In this document: positions 8,986 to 18,690 of the stretch, in pieces | Layout: every line of letters starts with the position of its first letter | Position numbering within the stretch: the stretch's first letter is position 1 | From: Patescibacteria group bacterium | GTDB taxonomy: Bacteria > Patescibacteriota > Patescibacteriia > Magasanikbacterales > GWA2-37-8 | Direction of reading: 5' to 3' | Length of the DNA: 64,000 bases | Assembly (NCBI GenBank): GCA_004321885.1 | Contig: SCQK01000007.1 | Coordinates: forward strand, 150,540 to 214,539 | Made by a program: the position numbers and the translations under genes | The notes under the pieces: generated by a model | The model's database searches: none | What the model saw: only the letters and a program-made list of their open reading frames with translations | What the model was told of the DNA's origin: nothing

Positions 8986-11169
8986 TCAATCCTTCTTTAT
9001 CTCCAGCACAAGCGGCTCGGACAGGTTGCGATAGCCGCCGCTGTTGTATAGCTGCAAATCCGGAAATTTTATTTTAGCGCCATTTTCGCTCAACTCGTAG
9101 AGCACGCCCTTGGCGGCGGTTTCCAGAGCGACCGCGCCCGCGGACACGTTCGCGGTCTTGCCGGAAAGCAAATTCTTGGCGCTCCAGCCGGCCGTGCTGA
9201 ATTGACCCGCTGTCATCTTCACCGCGAAAGTCCCGTCTTTCAAAACACCGGCCCCGCCCAAATCAAACTCCAATTCGTGGTCGTAATTAAAATCCATGGC
9301 GCTGACAGCCGCCTGCCCGGCAATATATTGGGGCGGAAATTTTTCCCGGTACTTCACTTTTACTTTCCACTTGCCCAGATACGGATACTTGGCGCCCTTG
9401 GCGGCGGGCCCGGTCATTTCCCCATCAGCGGCAAAATCAAGCGCGCCTTTGTAATTGGCCGACAGGGAAAAAAGCGGGGTGATGACGAGCGTCTTGTTGG
9501 CGCTGATGCCGAAACAGCTCGGCCGGTTGTCCACCACCAGCCGGGTTATGCTGGTTTTCTTGCTTTGCTCGCCGTTGCTGAAAATCAAAACCACTCTTTC
9601 AAAATTTTCTTTGGCAATTTCCAGGCAAAAAGCCCGGCTCTCTTTATTTGTCCAATCCTCTATATACGGCGGCTCGGATTTGGCTTTGGGAAAAATCACC
9701 GCCTTAACGCCGGCCTTGTCCAACTGGCCAGAAAATTTTTTCAAGTCGCCAAAAATGACTTTTTTAATTTTCTTGCCTTCGTCCGCCACCGAGACCTCGG
9801 CCACCTGCGCGGTCAGGGCGGCCACCGGGTCCTGCCATAAAATAAAAGCGCCCAATTCGGAATAAAGATGCATTTTCGCGTTCGCGCCTTCATCAGACGA
9901 GCGCTTGGGAAAAACCCCGCTTTGGTCTTTATAAAAATTCACCGGCGCGCGGTTGTAATTCCACAACGTAAATTCTTTCCAGTTCGCTTTCAGGCCGCCG
10001 GCGATGGTTTTGTCGGCCGCTTCCAGCGCCGAGGCGCTTCTGGCCGCGTCAAAAATTTTCTTGATAATGCCTACGCCGTATTTTTGCGACAGATAAAACG
10101 GAAAAACATAAGCGCCGTATTCGTGATTCTGGCCGTCTTTGTACAAAGCGACTTCAGGTTTGGGAATAAAAGTGCCGCTGTATTCCTGTTCAGTATTTAA
10201 TTTTGGGTAAATAAAATCCTCGGCCCAGACAGCCGTGCCCTCTATCCACCACCAATTTTTAGCCGAAAACGCCGAACCAAAAGCGTGCTGGAAAGTATGA
10301 AACAACTCATGGACTGTCGTGCCTTTGAGCATGGCGTCGCTTAAATTGTCGCGCACGATGACAAAACTGCTTTTGTTGTTCGGGTCCGGCACGTTCACGC
10401 CATAGGTGGAGCCGCTTTTGGATTTTACCCACTTGCTCGTGCCGGCCACCACATAGATGTCGGTCTTATTGTCTCCGCCCAAAGCGCCGTCGGGCGGCGG
10501 CTCCACGCCGAGCAAATCCTTGAAGCGGGTGTAGGCCTTGTCGGCGTTCAGGTTGGCGGCAATTTTTTTAGCCGTGTTGTCAAAGAGCGCTTGCTTCACC
10601 TGTTTGCCGTCTTCCATTACGGTAATTTCCGGATGCCAAATTTTAATTTTGCCGTCGGCGGTAACCAGAGCGCCCTTAAAACTTAGCGGCCGGTCATAGG
10701 CCAGGGCGGCTTCCGCGAAACGGAAAAACTCCGGCTGGCGAGCGCGCTCCATGGCCAGTTTTTGCTCTTGACGGTTGATAAAACTATCCGGGTCATCCGG
10801 GCGTTTGAAATACGGCGCCAAAATGGCTTTCGTTTTGTCCGATAGCTGGCCGTAGTTTTCCATGAGCCGAACAAACACCCCCGCGTCTTCAAACACCAGC
10901 TGGCCGCTCCAATATTTTTCCGGCAGTTTCTCGTCATCTCCGAAAAGAAATTGTACTTTATATATTAAAGCCGTCTCAAAATCAATTTTTCTATCCGTCA
11001 AGTCCTGTTCTATCATGTCCAGGCCGGTCGGGCCGGTGGCCAGCCGCGACTCTTTGGACGCCGGTACTAATTTGAGCCGCCAAAAAGCGGACAACAAAAA
11101 AGCCGCCAGGGCAATCAAAACACCGGCGGCTTGCAAAATAGTTTTCTTTTGTGGAAACGCGATGGTCAT
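8986..11169 (-). CDS. large secreted HExxH zinc-metallopeptidase-like protein
   Basis: N-terminal TM/signal; TTVHELFHTFQH motif; ATG at 11167-11169. Confidence 0.5.
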   Translation of the reverse strand: MTIAFPQKKTILQAAGVLIALAAFLLSAFWRLKLVPASKESRLATGPTGLDMIEQDLTDRKIDFETALIYKVQFLFGDDEKLPEKYWSGQLVFEDAGVFVRLMENYGQLSDKTKAILAPYFKRPDDPDSFINRQEQKLAMERARQPEFFRFAEAALAYDRPLSFKGALVTADGKIKIWHPEITVMEDGKQVKQALFDNTAKKIAANLNADKAYTRFKDLLGVEPPPDGALGGDNKTDIYVVAGTSKWVKSKSGSTYGVNVPDPNNKSSFVIVRDNLSDAMLKGTTVHELFHTFQHAFGSAFSAKNWWWIEGTAVWAEDFIYPKLNTEQEYSGTFIPKPEVALYKDGQNHEYGAYVFPFYLSQKYGVGIIKKIFDAARSASALEAADKTIAGGLKANWKEFTLWNYNRAPVNFYKDQSGVFPKRSSDEGANAKMHLYSELGAFILWQDPVAALTAQVAEVSVADEGKKIKKVIFGDLKKFSGQLDKAGVKAVIFPKAKSEPPYIEDWTNKESRAFCLEIAKENFERVVLIFSNGEQSKKTSITRLVVDNRPSCFGISANKTLVITPLFSLSANYKGALDFAADGEMTGPAAKGAKYPYLGKWKVKVKYREKFPPQYIAGQAAVSAMDFNYDHELEFDLGGAGVLKDGTFAVKMTAGQFSTAGWSAKNLLSGKTANVSAGAVALETAAKGVLYELSENGAKIKFPDLQLYNSGGYRNLSEPLVLEIKKD

Positions 11170-11170
11170 G

Positions 11171-11242
11171 TGCACCCGCCAGGAGTCGAACCTGGATTTC
11201 CGGCTTCGCAGGCCAGTGTCCTATCCATTGAACGACGGGTGC
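11171..11242 (-). tRNA. tRNA-Arg (anticodon GCG as read)
   Basis: Cloverleaf GCACCCG...CGGGTGCA; anticodon loop CTGCGAA; no encoded CCA. Confidence 0.7.
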
Positions 11243-11249
11243 ATGACTA

Positions 11250-11280
11250 GATTCCCCCGTACTTAGTCGGGGGAATGACA
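11250..11280. repeat. GATTCCCCCGTACTTAGTCGGGGGAATGACA palindromic element next to the tRNA-Arg 5' end
   Basis: Identical to the radA copy at 4293-4324. Confidence 0.8.
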
Positions 11281-11298
11281 ATTTTTTGGGTGCGTTTT

Positions 11299-11808
11299 TT
11301 AGTGTAGCTTGAACACTCTTCCCAATTTGTCGCTAAGCGGCTCTTCTTCCTGTTCTAAATCTTCCTGCAAAAACTGGTTCAAAAAATCGCGAATCGGCCT
11401 GGGGTCGTTATCCAACAGCGGCACTTGCAGGCGATGCCTAATCAAACTGCTTAACGAAAAATATAAATTCTTCACCTCGGGCGGATTGTAAATAATCCAA
11501 AAACTCTTCAACTCGCTGTAGCGATAAAACTTGCACCCCAGCACAATGCCCACTTCGGTAATCGCAAAATTCACCTGCAAAGGGGTCTGCAAACTCTGCA
11601 TGTATAAAATGATGCCAAAAAGAGCGATGATGAGCGTAAAAATATAATTGGCGGTCCACAAGGAATAAACTAAAAGTAGCGCGGCCACTGCGCCCATCAG
11701 CCAATACCAGCGCTTGTCTCTTTCGTGCTCTTCGTATTCTTTTACCGACCATTGATAAACCACGCGGCCGATGTTCACGTCTTCTTTTAGCAAATTGTTG
11801 GGCATAAT
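11299..11808 (-). CDS. small membrane protein (hypothetical)
   Basis: Two TM helices; start taken at the internal Met (MPNNLLK) because the upstream part of the ORF is the palindromic repeat. Confidence 0.4.
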   Translation of the reverse strand: MMPNNLLKEDVNIGRVVYQWSVKEYEEHERDKRWYWLMGAVAALLLVYSLWTANYIFTLIIALFGIILYMQSLQTPLQVNFAITEVGIVLGCKFYRYSELKSFWIIYNPPEVKNLYFSLSSLIRHRLQVPLLDNDPRPIRDFLNQFLQEDLEQEEEPLSDKLGRVFKLH

Positions 11809-11818
11809 TTTTATTTTA

Positions 11819-11845
11819 GATTCCGGATCAAGTCCGGAATGACAG
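11819..11845. repeat. ATTCCGGATCAAGTCCGGAATGACA palindromic element
   Basis: Pair of the 4208-4234 copy. Confidence 0.75.
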
Positions 11846-11847
11846 CG

Positions 11848-11921
11848 TGCACGCATCTGGACTCGGACCAGAGACCTCTGTCGTGTGAGGACAGCGCTCT
11901 AACCAACTGAGCTATGCGTGC
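11848..11921 (-). tRNA. tRNA-Val (CAC)
   Basis: GCACGCA acceptor, D-arm TAGCTCAGTTGGTTAGAGC, anticodon loop CTCACAC. Confidence 0.75.
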
Positions 11922-11984
11922 CAGTTTAACCAATCTTATCACAAATTCCAATAGAAATCAAGCCTGCCTGCCGCAAGACAGGCA

Positions 11985-12013
11985 TTGAAAAGCAAATAAA
12001 ATAGTGATACAAT
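11985..12013 (+). promoter_or_regulatory. sigma70-type promoter, TTGAAA-17-TACAAT
   Basis: Directly upstream of the LCP-family gene. Confidence 0.5.
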
Positions 12014-12033
12014 GCGTATTACTTATCCCTCCC

Positions 12034-13554
12034 ATGATTAAAGATACTCAAGACGAAAACGCGGATGAGAACTACGTTGGCCCTGAATTCAAACCCAACC
12101 TGCTCTCGCCCCAGGACTTAAAACCAATCGCGGCCGCGGCCCGACCCAAGCCCTGGCTCTTTTATATTATAGCCATTTTGCTTCTGGCATTTATCGTCAA
12201 TTACAGCGTCAAATTTTATACCCTAATAAAATGGTCGCGCGGCCAAACCAACGTGGACCCGGTCACATTAAAGCCCCGCAAAACCGGTTTGTTTGAAACC
12301 ATCAGAAATTTTTTTGACAGCACGCCCGACATGACCGGCGGAACGGAAAGAATCAATATACTCCTTTTGGGCATCGGCGGCCCGGGCCACGACGGCGCCT
12401 ATCTTAGCGACACCAACATTATTTTAAGCGTCAAGCCGGCTGAAAAAAAAGCCGCGCTTATTTCCATTCCCCGCGACCTGACGGTAAAAATGGACGGCTA
12501 TGGCTACAGAAAAATAAACGAGGCCAACGCCTACGGCGAAATAAAACAAACCGGCGCCGGCGGCGAATACGCGCGCCAAATTTTTGAACAGACTTTCGGC
12601 ATGACCATTCCCTACTACGCGCGCGTGGATTTTCAAGCCTTTGTGGATTTGGTGGACGCGGTGGGAGGCGTGGATGTAAACGTTCCCCGCGCTTTCACGG
12701 ATTATTCATACCCGGGGCCGAATTATTCCTACCAAACCATCTCTTTCGCGGACGGCTGGCAGCACCTGGACGGCGCCCGCGCTCTTGTTTACGCGCGCTC
12801 GCGCCACGGCAGTAATGGCGAGGGTTCGGATTTCGCGCGCGCTCGCCGACAGCAAACGGCAATTTCCGCCCTGAAAGAAAAATTCTTGTCCGCCGGCACC
12901 CTGCTCAACCCGGTTCGCCTGCAAAAAATTATTGACTCGCTCACGACCCACATCTCCACCAATTTAAGCTTCGCGCAAATCAAATACCTGGCCGACTTGT
13001 CCAAAGAAATCGGCGACGACAGCGTGAAGACCCTGGTCCTGGACGACAGCCCGGGCGGATTTTTGGGCACCACCATTTCCGAGGAAGGCGCCTTTCTGCT
13101 GGTGCCCCGGACTGGAAATTTTACCGCCATCAACAGCGCCATTTGGAATGTCTTTGAAAGCACGAGCACGGCCAGACTGGCCAGCGAGACGCGCGCTGCT
13201 TCGGCCGCGGCCAAGCCCTTATTTCTCATGGTCAAGGTGGAAATCCAAAACGGCACCTGGCGCGCAGGCTATGCCGCCAAAATTAAGCAGGAGCTCGCGG
13301 ACAAGGGTTATAACATTTCCGGAATCGGCAACAGCGTCAAAAGACCGGTGGCGACCTCTACTATATATATATTAAACAAAAAGGCCGACAAAAAAACCAT
13401 CAGCGACCTGGCTAATACTATGAATTTGCCAGTCACGGTAATTTTGCCCGAATGGCTGGCCTACTCTTATGACGACCCAGCCACCTCTGCTAGTGAAGCG
13501 GGCGCCAAGTACCGCGCGGACACGGATATATTGATAGTGCTGGGAGAACAATAA
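12034..13554 (+). CDS. LytR-CpsA-Psr (LCP) family cell-envelope protein
   Basis: TM anchor plus LCP core (ARVDFQAFVDLVDAVGGVDVNV); start moved downstream of the promoter to MIKDTQDEN. Confidence 0.7.
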   Translation: MIKDTQDENADENYVGPEFKPNLLSPQDLKPIAAAARPKPWLFYIIAILLLAFIVNYSVKFYTLIKWSRGQTNVDPVTLKPRKTGLFETIRNFFDSTPDMTGGTERINILLLGIGGPGHDGAYLSDTNIILSVKPAEKKAALISIPRDLTVKMDGYGYRKINEANAYGEIKQTGAGGEYARQIFEQTFGMTIPYYARVDFQAFVDLVDAVGGVDVNVPRAFTDYSYPGPNYSYQTISFADGWQHLDGARALVYARSRHGSNGEGSDFARARRQQTAISALKEKFLSAGTLLNPVRLQKIIDSLTTHISTNLSFAQIKYLADLSKEIGDDSVKTLVLDDSPGGFLGTTISEEGAFLLVPRTGNFTAINSAIWNVFESTSTARLASETRAASAAAKPLFLMVKVEIQNGTWRAGYAAKIKQELADKGYNISGIGNSVKRPVATSTIYILNKKADKKTISDLANTMNLPVTVILPEWLAYSYDDPATSASEAGAKYRADTDILIVLGEQ

Positions 13555-13555
13555 T

Positions 13556-14920
13556 ATGGCCACGCCCGCGAAAATTATAGAAGAAAACTTGCCGACCGTG
13601 GCCTTGGTAGGCCGCGTTAACGTGGGCAAATCCACCCTGTTCAACAAGCTCATCGGCCAAAACCGCGCCCTGGTTTCCAAAATTCCGGGCACCACGCGCA
13701 CGCCCAATACGGGTAAAGTTTTTTGGCGCGGCCAAAATTTCCGACTGATAGACACGGGCGGGCTCACCTTTTCCGATGATGTGCCGTTGGAAAAAGAAAT
13801 TATCGCCCAAACCGAAATGGCGCTCGCCAAAGCCGATGCCGTGATTTTTTTGACTGATATTCAAACCGGCCTTTTGCCCCAAGAACGCGAGCTGGCGCGC
13901 CGCCTGATAAAAAACAAGGAACGGGTGCTGTTTACGGCCAACAAGGCCGACAACGAACGCCTGCGCTTATTGGCTCATGAAAAAGACTGGCTGAAACTCG
14001 GTTTGGGAGCGCCCTTGCCCATTTCCGCGGCCAGCGGGGCCAATGTGGGCGAACTGCTGGAGCGCGTCTTTGCCAAATTGGGCAAACTGAAAAAGCGGCC
14101 GAAAAAAATAAAAGAAATTGCGGCGATAAAAGTGGCGATTGTGGGCCGGCCCAATGTGGGCAAGTCGTCTTTGTTTAATAATTTAATCGGCGCCCAATCC
14201 GCCATTGTCAGCGACATGCCCCACACCACGCGCGAACCGCTGGATACTTTGGTCAATTTTGAAAGCCATCCCATTGTTTTTGTGGACACGGCCGGCATCA
14301 GGCGCAAGGCCAAAGTGGCCGGGGAATTGGAACGCGAGGGCATTGCCAAAAGCATACAAATGATACAAAAATCCGATATTGTGCTTTTGGTGCTGGACAC
14401 GGGCGAGCCCCTTTCCTCGCAAGACCAGCAGCTGGGCGGACTCTTGCGCGAAAACACCAAGAGCGTGATTATTGTTTTAAACAAATGGGACCTGGCCGAA
14501 AGCAACGAGGACTCGTTTAGAAACGAGGTGAAAAAAAGAATTTACGGCGCGTTCCCACATTTGGATTTCGCGCCGATTGTTTTTACCAGCGCCAAAACCC
14601 AGTACCGCGTGCACCAAATTTTTCCTCTTATCTTGCGCGCCTGGGACGAAAGGCATACAATTATTCCCGAAGAGAAATTGGACGAATTCTGGAAAAAAGT
14701 GAGCCGCGAGCACCGGCCGGCGCGAGGCAAGGGCACCAGGCATCCCAAAATTTTGGGCTTCTGCCAGTTGCGCGCCAGCCCGCCTATGTTTGAAATGCAA
14801 ATCAAGGCCAAGACGTCTTTGCATTTTTCTTATGTGCGCTATATTGAAAACCGCTTGCGCGAACATTTTGGTTTTTTCGCCACGCCGATTGTGATAAAAC
14901 TAACAAAGGTGAAGAGATAG
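13556..14920 (+). CDS. der: ribosome-associated GTPase Der (EngA)
   Basis: Two tandem GTPase domains (GRVNVGKSTLFN, GRPNVGKSSLFN) plus KH-like C-terminus. Confidence 0.9.
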   Translation: MATPAKIIEENLPTVALVGRVNVGKSTLFNKLIGQNRALVSKIPGTTRTPNTGKVFWRGQNFRLIDTGGLTFSDDVPLEKEIIAQTEMALAKADAVIFLTDIQTGLLPQERELARRLIKNKERVLFTANKADNERLRLLAHEKDWLKLGLGAPLPISAASGANVGELLERVFAKLGKLKKRPKKIKEIAAIKVAIVGRPNVGKSSLFNNLIGAQSAIVSDMPHTTREPLDTLVNFESHPIVFVDTAGIRRKAKVAGELEREGIAKSIQMIQKSDIVLLVLDTGEPLSSQDQQLGGLLRENTKSVIIVLNKWDLAESNEDSFRNEVKKRIYGAFPHLDFAPIVFTSAKTQYRVHQIFPLILRAWDERHTIIPEEKLDEFWKKVSREHRPARGKGTRHPKILGFCQLRASPPMFEMQIKAKTSLHFSYVRYIENRLREHFGFFATPIVIKLTKVKR

Positions 14921-14921
14921 C

Positions 14922-15392
14922 ATGAAATTAATTGTCGGTCTGGGAAATCCGGGAAAAGAATACGAAGGCACGCGGCATAACGTGGGATTTTTTTGCGTTG
15001 ATAAATTAAAGGAGGCGCTGGCCGGCGCGAAAATAATTTTTGCCAAGCCGGATAAATTTATGAACAACTCGGGCCCGGCCGTGGCCAAAATTTTGCGCTA
15101 CCATAAAATAAAACCGAGCGACCTGCTGGTGATTCACGACGACAAAGACATTCCACTCGGCGAATACAAAATCCAGACCGGACGCGGCTCGGCCGGGCAC
15201 AAGGGCGCGCAGTCTATCATTGACGCTTTGGACACGAAAGATTTCACGCGCCTGCGCGTCGGAATCGCGCCCACGGATAAAGAAATAAAAAACACGAGCG
15301 ATTTTGTGCTGAAAAAATTTAGCAAAAAAGAAAAAGAAATAATCAATCAAGTTAGTAATGAAATAGTTGAACGGATAAAATCTCAAATATGA
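14922..15392 (+). CDS. pth: peptidyl-tRNA hydrolase
   Basis: MKLIVGLGNPGKEYEGTRHNVGF signature. Confidence 0.8.
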   Translation: MKLIVGLGNPGKEYEGTRHNVGFFCVDKLKEALAGAKIIFAKPDKFMNNSGPAVAKILRYHKIKPSDLLVIHDDKDIPLGEYKIQTGRGSAGHKGAQSIIDALDTKDFTRLRVGIAPTDKEIKNTSDFVLKKFSKKEKEIINQVSNEIVERIKSQI

Positions 15393-16471
15393 ACTATCGC
15401 GCGGCGCTGGCCCATTTCCCGAAAATTACGTACGGAAGGTACAAAAAAATTCTGGACCTTTTTTCGGATTTGAAAAATTTGTGGCAGGCGGAAATGGAAG
15501 AACTGACGCAAGCCGGCCTGGAAGAAAACATCGCGCACGAATTTTTGCTCTGGCGCGAATCCAACCCGGCCGGCTCCATTTTGGAACGGATGAAAAAAGA
15601 AAAAATTAAAACCGTGTCTTTGGGCGACCCGGCTTACCCGGCTTTGCTCGCCGAAATAAACGACCCGCCCATGACTTTGTTTTATCGCGGAGTTTTGGAA
15701 GCGGACAACGGCCCGGCCGTGGCCGTGGTGGGCACGCGCAATTGCACCATGTACGGCCAGCAGGTCTGCGTGGAAATCAGCGGCGCCTTGGCGCGGCAAG
15801 GCATTACAGTGGTCAGCGGACTGGCGCTGGGGCTGGACGGCGCGGCCCACCAGGCGGCCTTGGAAAACAAAGGCAGGACCATTGCCGTGCTCGGCTCGGG
15901 CATTGACGACGCGCATATTTATCCTTCGGCTCATCGCCCATTGGCGCAAAAAATCATCGCCGAGGGCGGGGCCGTTGTTTCCGAATATCCGCCGGGCTTT
16001 TTGGCCGCGCCCTATTCTTTTCCGGCGCGCAACCGCATCATCGCCGGGCTGTCGCTGGGCACGTTGGTGGTGGAAGCCCCCGAGGAATCCGGCGCGCTCA
16101 TTACCGCGCGCTGCGCCCTTGATTACAACCGCGAAGTTTTTGCCGTGCCGCACAATATTACTTCCGCAAACGGCGTAGGGTGCAACAACCAATTAAAACT
16201 CGGGGCCAAACTCGTTACCTCGGCCGACGATATATTGGAGGCTTTAAATCTAAAAAGTCTGGCCCAAACCGTGCTTTTGAAAAAAGAACCGGCCGCGTCA
16301 AACCCGACCGAAGAAGCGGTGCTGGCACAGCTGTCGCGCGAACCCAAACACATAGACGCCGTGGCCAAGGAAACAGGCATTGACAGCCGGCTAATAAGTA
16401 GTACACTAACGCTGTTGGAAATAAAAGGAGTGGTAAAAAATCTGGGGGGAATGAATTATGTTGTAAGTTAA
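15389..16471 (+). CDS. dprA: DNA processing protein DprA (Smf)
   Basis: Rossmann core VVGTRNCTMYG...SGLALGLDGAAHQAAL; C-terminal wHTH. Confidence 0.8.
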   Translation: MNYRAALAHFPKITYGRYKKILDLFSDLKNLWQAEMEELTQAGLEENIAHEFLLWRESNPAGSILERMKKEKIKTVSLGDPAYPALLAEINDPPMTLFYRGVLEADNGPAVAVVGTRNCTMYGQQVCVEISGALARQGITVVSGLALGLDGAAHQAALENKGRTIAVLGSGIDDAHIYPSAHRPLAQKIIAEGGAVVSEYPPGFLAAPYSFPARNRIIAGLSLGTLVVEAPEESGALITARCALDYNREVFAVPHNITSANGVGCNNQLKLGAKLVTSADDILEALNLKSLAQTVLLKKEPAASNPTEEAVLAQLSREPKHIDAVAKETGIDSRLISSTLTLLEIKGVVKNLGGMNYVVS

Positions 16472-16528
16472 GTGTCAAAAACATAAGTACTAAATAAAAA
16501 GCCCGCAAAGAGTCAATAATTTTTATCT

Positions 16529-17200
16529 ATGACAAAATCAACCATACAAAAAATTGTATTCACAATCATATTTGTAGCCATCGGCTTCGGCCTGATGCAA
16601 GTGCCATTTACCCAGCTGATAGGCTCAAAATTAAAATTCACTTTGTTTGATTTTTACGGCCCAATCGCCGGCGGATTTCTGGGTTCGGTTTGGGGTATGA
16701 TTACGGTTTTGGCAATGCAAATCGCCAACTGGGCTTGGCACGGATTTAACACCGAAACAGCCACCCTTATTCGCTTTTTCCCCATGCTGTTCGCGGTTTT
16801 GTACTTTGCCAGAAAATCACGCGCCATTTTGGCAGTGCCGGTCATCGCCATGCTCGTGTTTTGGGCGCATCCCGAGGGCAGGCAGGCTTGGCACTTCGCT
16901 CTGTATTGGCTGATTCCTTTGGCAGCGCACTTTTTCCGAAATAAAATTTTGTTCGCGCGCGCTTTGGGCACGACCTTTACGGCCCACGCGGTGGGCGGCG
17001 CATTGTGGATTTGGTTTGTGCCCGGCATGAAGGCCGCGGCCTGGATAGGCCTCATTCCGGTGGTTTGGAAAGAACGCGGGCTGATGGCAATCGGCATTAC
17101 CTTGTCTTTCGTCGTCTTCAATTTCCTCTTCAGCCTGGCCGCTAAAAAAATCCGGGGCCTGGACTTTCTGAAACTTCACCCAAAGTATTCGGTCAAATGA
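16529..17200 (+). CDS. polytopic membrane protein, ECF-transporter S-component-like (possibly folate-family, given folC-like neighbour)
   Basis: 5-6 TM helices in ~220 aa; 4-nt overlap with the Mur-ligase gene. Confidence 0.35.
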   Translation: MTKSTIQKIVFTIIFVAIGFGLMQVPFTQLIGSKLKFTLFDFYGPIAGGFLGSVWGMITVLAMQIANWAWHGFNTETATLIRFFPMLFAVLYFARKSRAILAVPVIAMLVFWAHPEGRQAWHFALYWLIPLAAHFFRNKILFARALGTTFTAHAVGGALWIWFVPGMKAAAWIGLIPVVWKERGLMAIGITLSFVVFNFLFSLAAKKIRGLDFLKLHPKYSVK

Positions 17201-18576
17201 ACTTCCAAGAGGCCTACAATTACATAATCTCCCTGGCCAATATTCCGCGCAAAGAATACATGGCCGACCCCAAACATTGCCCCTGGTACTTAAAACGGTT
17301 GAAGTTTTTTTTGCGTATTTTGGGAAATCCGGAGAAAAAAATACCCCACATCATACACGTTACCGGCACCAGCGGCAAGGGTTCGGTCTGCCTGATGTTG
17401 GACTCCATTCTGCGTGAAGCGGCCCGCCACCGCGCCAAAAATTTTGGTGTGGTGGGCACGCTCACATCGCCTCACGCCTCGGCCATTATGGAGCGCTGGG
17501 AAGTAAACGGCCGGCCAATGCCTAAAAAAGAATTCGCGGCGCTGGTAGAAAAAATCAAGCCCAAACTGGACCAGTATATGCGCAAAACGCCGTATGACAT
17601 GCTCGCCTACGGCGAACTGGCCACGGCTATGGCGCTTTACTATTTCGCCAAAAAAAAAATAGAATGGGCCGTGCTGGAAGTGGGCTGCGGCGGACGCTAT
17701 GATTCCACCAATGTAATCCCGCGCAAAGATGTGGCCGTGATAACTAATATCGGCCTTGATCATACGCAAACACTCGGCAATACCAAAGAAAAAATCGCCT
17801 ATGAAAAAGCCGGCATTATCAAACGCGGATGCCAGGTGTTCACGATGGAAACAAACAAAAAAATTCTGCGCGTGATAGAAAAAGAATGCCAAAAAAATCA
17901 CGCCCCGCTTAAAATTGTCTACCCCTTAGGCTGGCTCCATAGTTCCGCCAAAGGCGGACTGTGGAGCCAACGAATGCACTCTGGCTCCACAGCCCTTTGG
18001 GACTATGGAGCCAGCCGCCTCCCGGTTCTCGGCGCCCATCAACAAAAAAACGCGGCCCTCGCGGCCGCGGTGGCGCGTTCAATCGGCATCTCCGAAAAAG
18101 CAATCACGCGCGGCCTGGCCAAAGTAAAATTGCCAATCAGAATGGAAGTCGTTTCGCGCAAGCCCATAGTCATCTTAGACGGCGCGCACAACAAGGACAA
18201 AATGCAAACAACAGTGGAAGCAATCTCCTCCCCCTTTATAAGGGGGAGGCGTGGTGGGGGTAGGGGTAACATCCACCTCATCCTCGGCTTTGCCGACAAT
18301 AAGGACTACCCGGCCATGCTCAAACAGCTCGCGGCGCTAAAACCAACCACCGTCGCCTGCACCCGCTTCAGCCACAATTTCTTCCGCAAGGCCGCGGACC
18401 CCAAAATCCTGGCGGCCAAAATAAAAAAACTGCTTCCCCGCGCCAAAACCGAAATTTTTTTGGATGTTTTAGACGGCTTCAGCTGGAGCAAAAAACAAGC
18501 CGCGCCCAGCGACATTATCCTCTGCACCGGCTCCATATTCCTAAGCGGCGAATTGCGTCTCAAAATTATCAGGTGA
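17197..18576 (+). CDS. Mur-ligase family protein, folylpolyglutamate synthase (FolC)-like
   Basis: HVTGTSGKGSV P-loop, Mur-ligase middle and C-terminal domains; two in-frame repeat insertions. Confidence 0.6.
   Translation: MNFQEAYNYIISLANIPRKEYMADPKHCPWYLKRLKFFLRILGNPEKKIPHIIHVTGTSGKGSVCLMLDSILREAARHRAKNFGVVGTLTSPHASAIMERWEVNGRPMPKKEFAALVEKIKPKLDQYMRKTPYDMLAYGELATAMALYYFAKKKIEWAVLEVGCGGRYDSTNVIPRKDVAVITNIGLDHTQTLGNTKEKIAYEKAGIIKRGCQVFTMETNKKILRVIEKECQKNHAPLKIVYPLGWLHSSAKGGLWSQRMHSGSTALWDYGASRLPVLGAHQQKNAALAAAVARSIGISEKAITRGLAKVKLPIRMEVVSRKPIVILDGAHNKDKMQTTVEAISSPFIRGRRGGGRGNIHLILGFADNKDYPAMLKQLAALKPTTVACTRFSHNFFRKAADPKILAAKIKKLLPRAKTEIFLDVLDGFSWSKKQAAPSDIILCTGSIFLSGELRLKIIR
17929..18016. 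repeat. two tandem GGCTCCAYAG...CTRTGGAGCC hairpins inserted in frame in the folC-like gene
   Basis: Translated GWLHSSAKGGLWSQRMHSGSTALWDYGAS; same family as 2078-2185. Confidence 0.75.
18225..18266. repeat. CCCTCC-loop-GGAGGG hairpin element inside the folC-like gene (translated PFIRGRRGGGRGN)
   Basis: ctcctccccctttataagggggaggcgtggtgggggtagggg. Confidence 0.75.
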
Positions 18577-18601
18577 TAACCGCATATTGATAACCGCATA
18601 T
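18574..18601 (+). promoter_or_regulatory. perfect tandem 14-bp direct repeat TGATAACCGCATAT x2 abutting the topA -35
   Basis: Candidate regulator binding site; overlaps the folC-like stop codon. Confidence 0.4.
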
Positions 18602-18630
18602 TTGACTAAACGCGATTTTTGCTTTATTCT
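18602..18630 (+). promoter_or_regulatory. promoter TTGACT-17-TATTCT for topA
   Basis: Spacing 17; lies between the direct repeat and the SD-sequestering hairpin. Confidence 0.45.
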
Positions 18631-18647
18631 TTATTAAATGACCATTA

Positions 18648-18682
18648 CCCCCTCCTCGCCTCCCCCTTCAAAAGGGGAAGAG
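18648..18682 (+). promoter_or_regulatory. CCCTCC/GGAGGG hairpin element in the topA 5' UTR; its 3' half supplies the SD
   Basis: ccccctcctcgcctcccccttcaaaaggggaagag then 8 nt then ATG 18691. Confidence 0.55.
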
Positions 18683-18690
18683 AAATAATT

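Noticed and set aside
9202-10200. Several 100-210 aa + strand ORFs
   Set aside because: All antisense to the 729-aa HExxH protein; G/R/F-rich artefacts.
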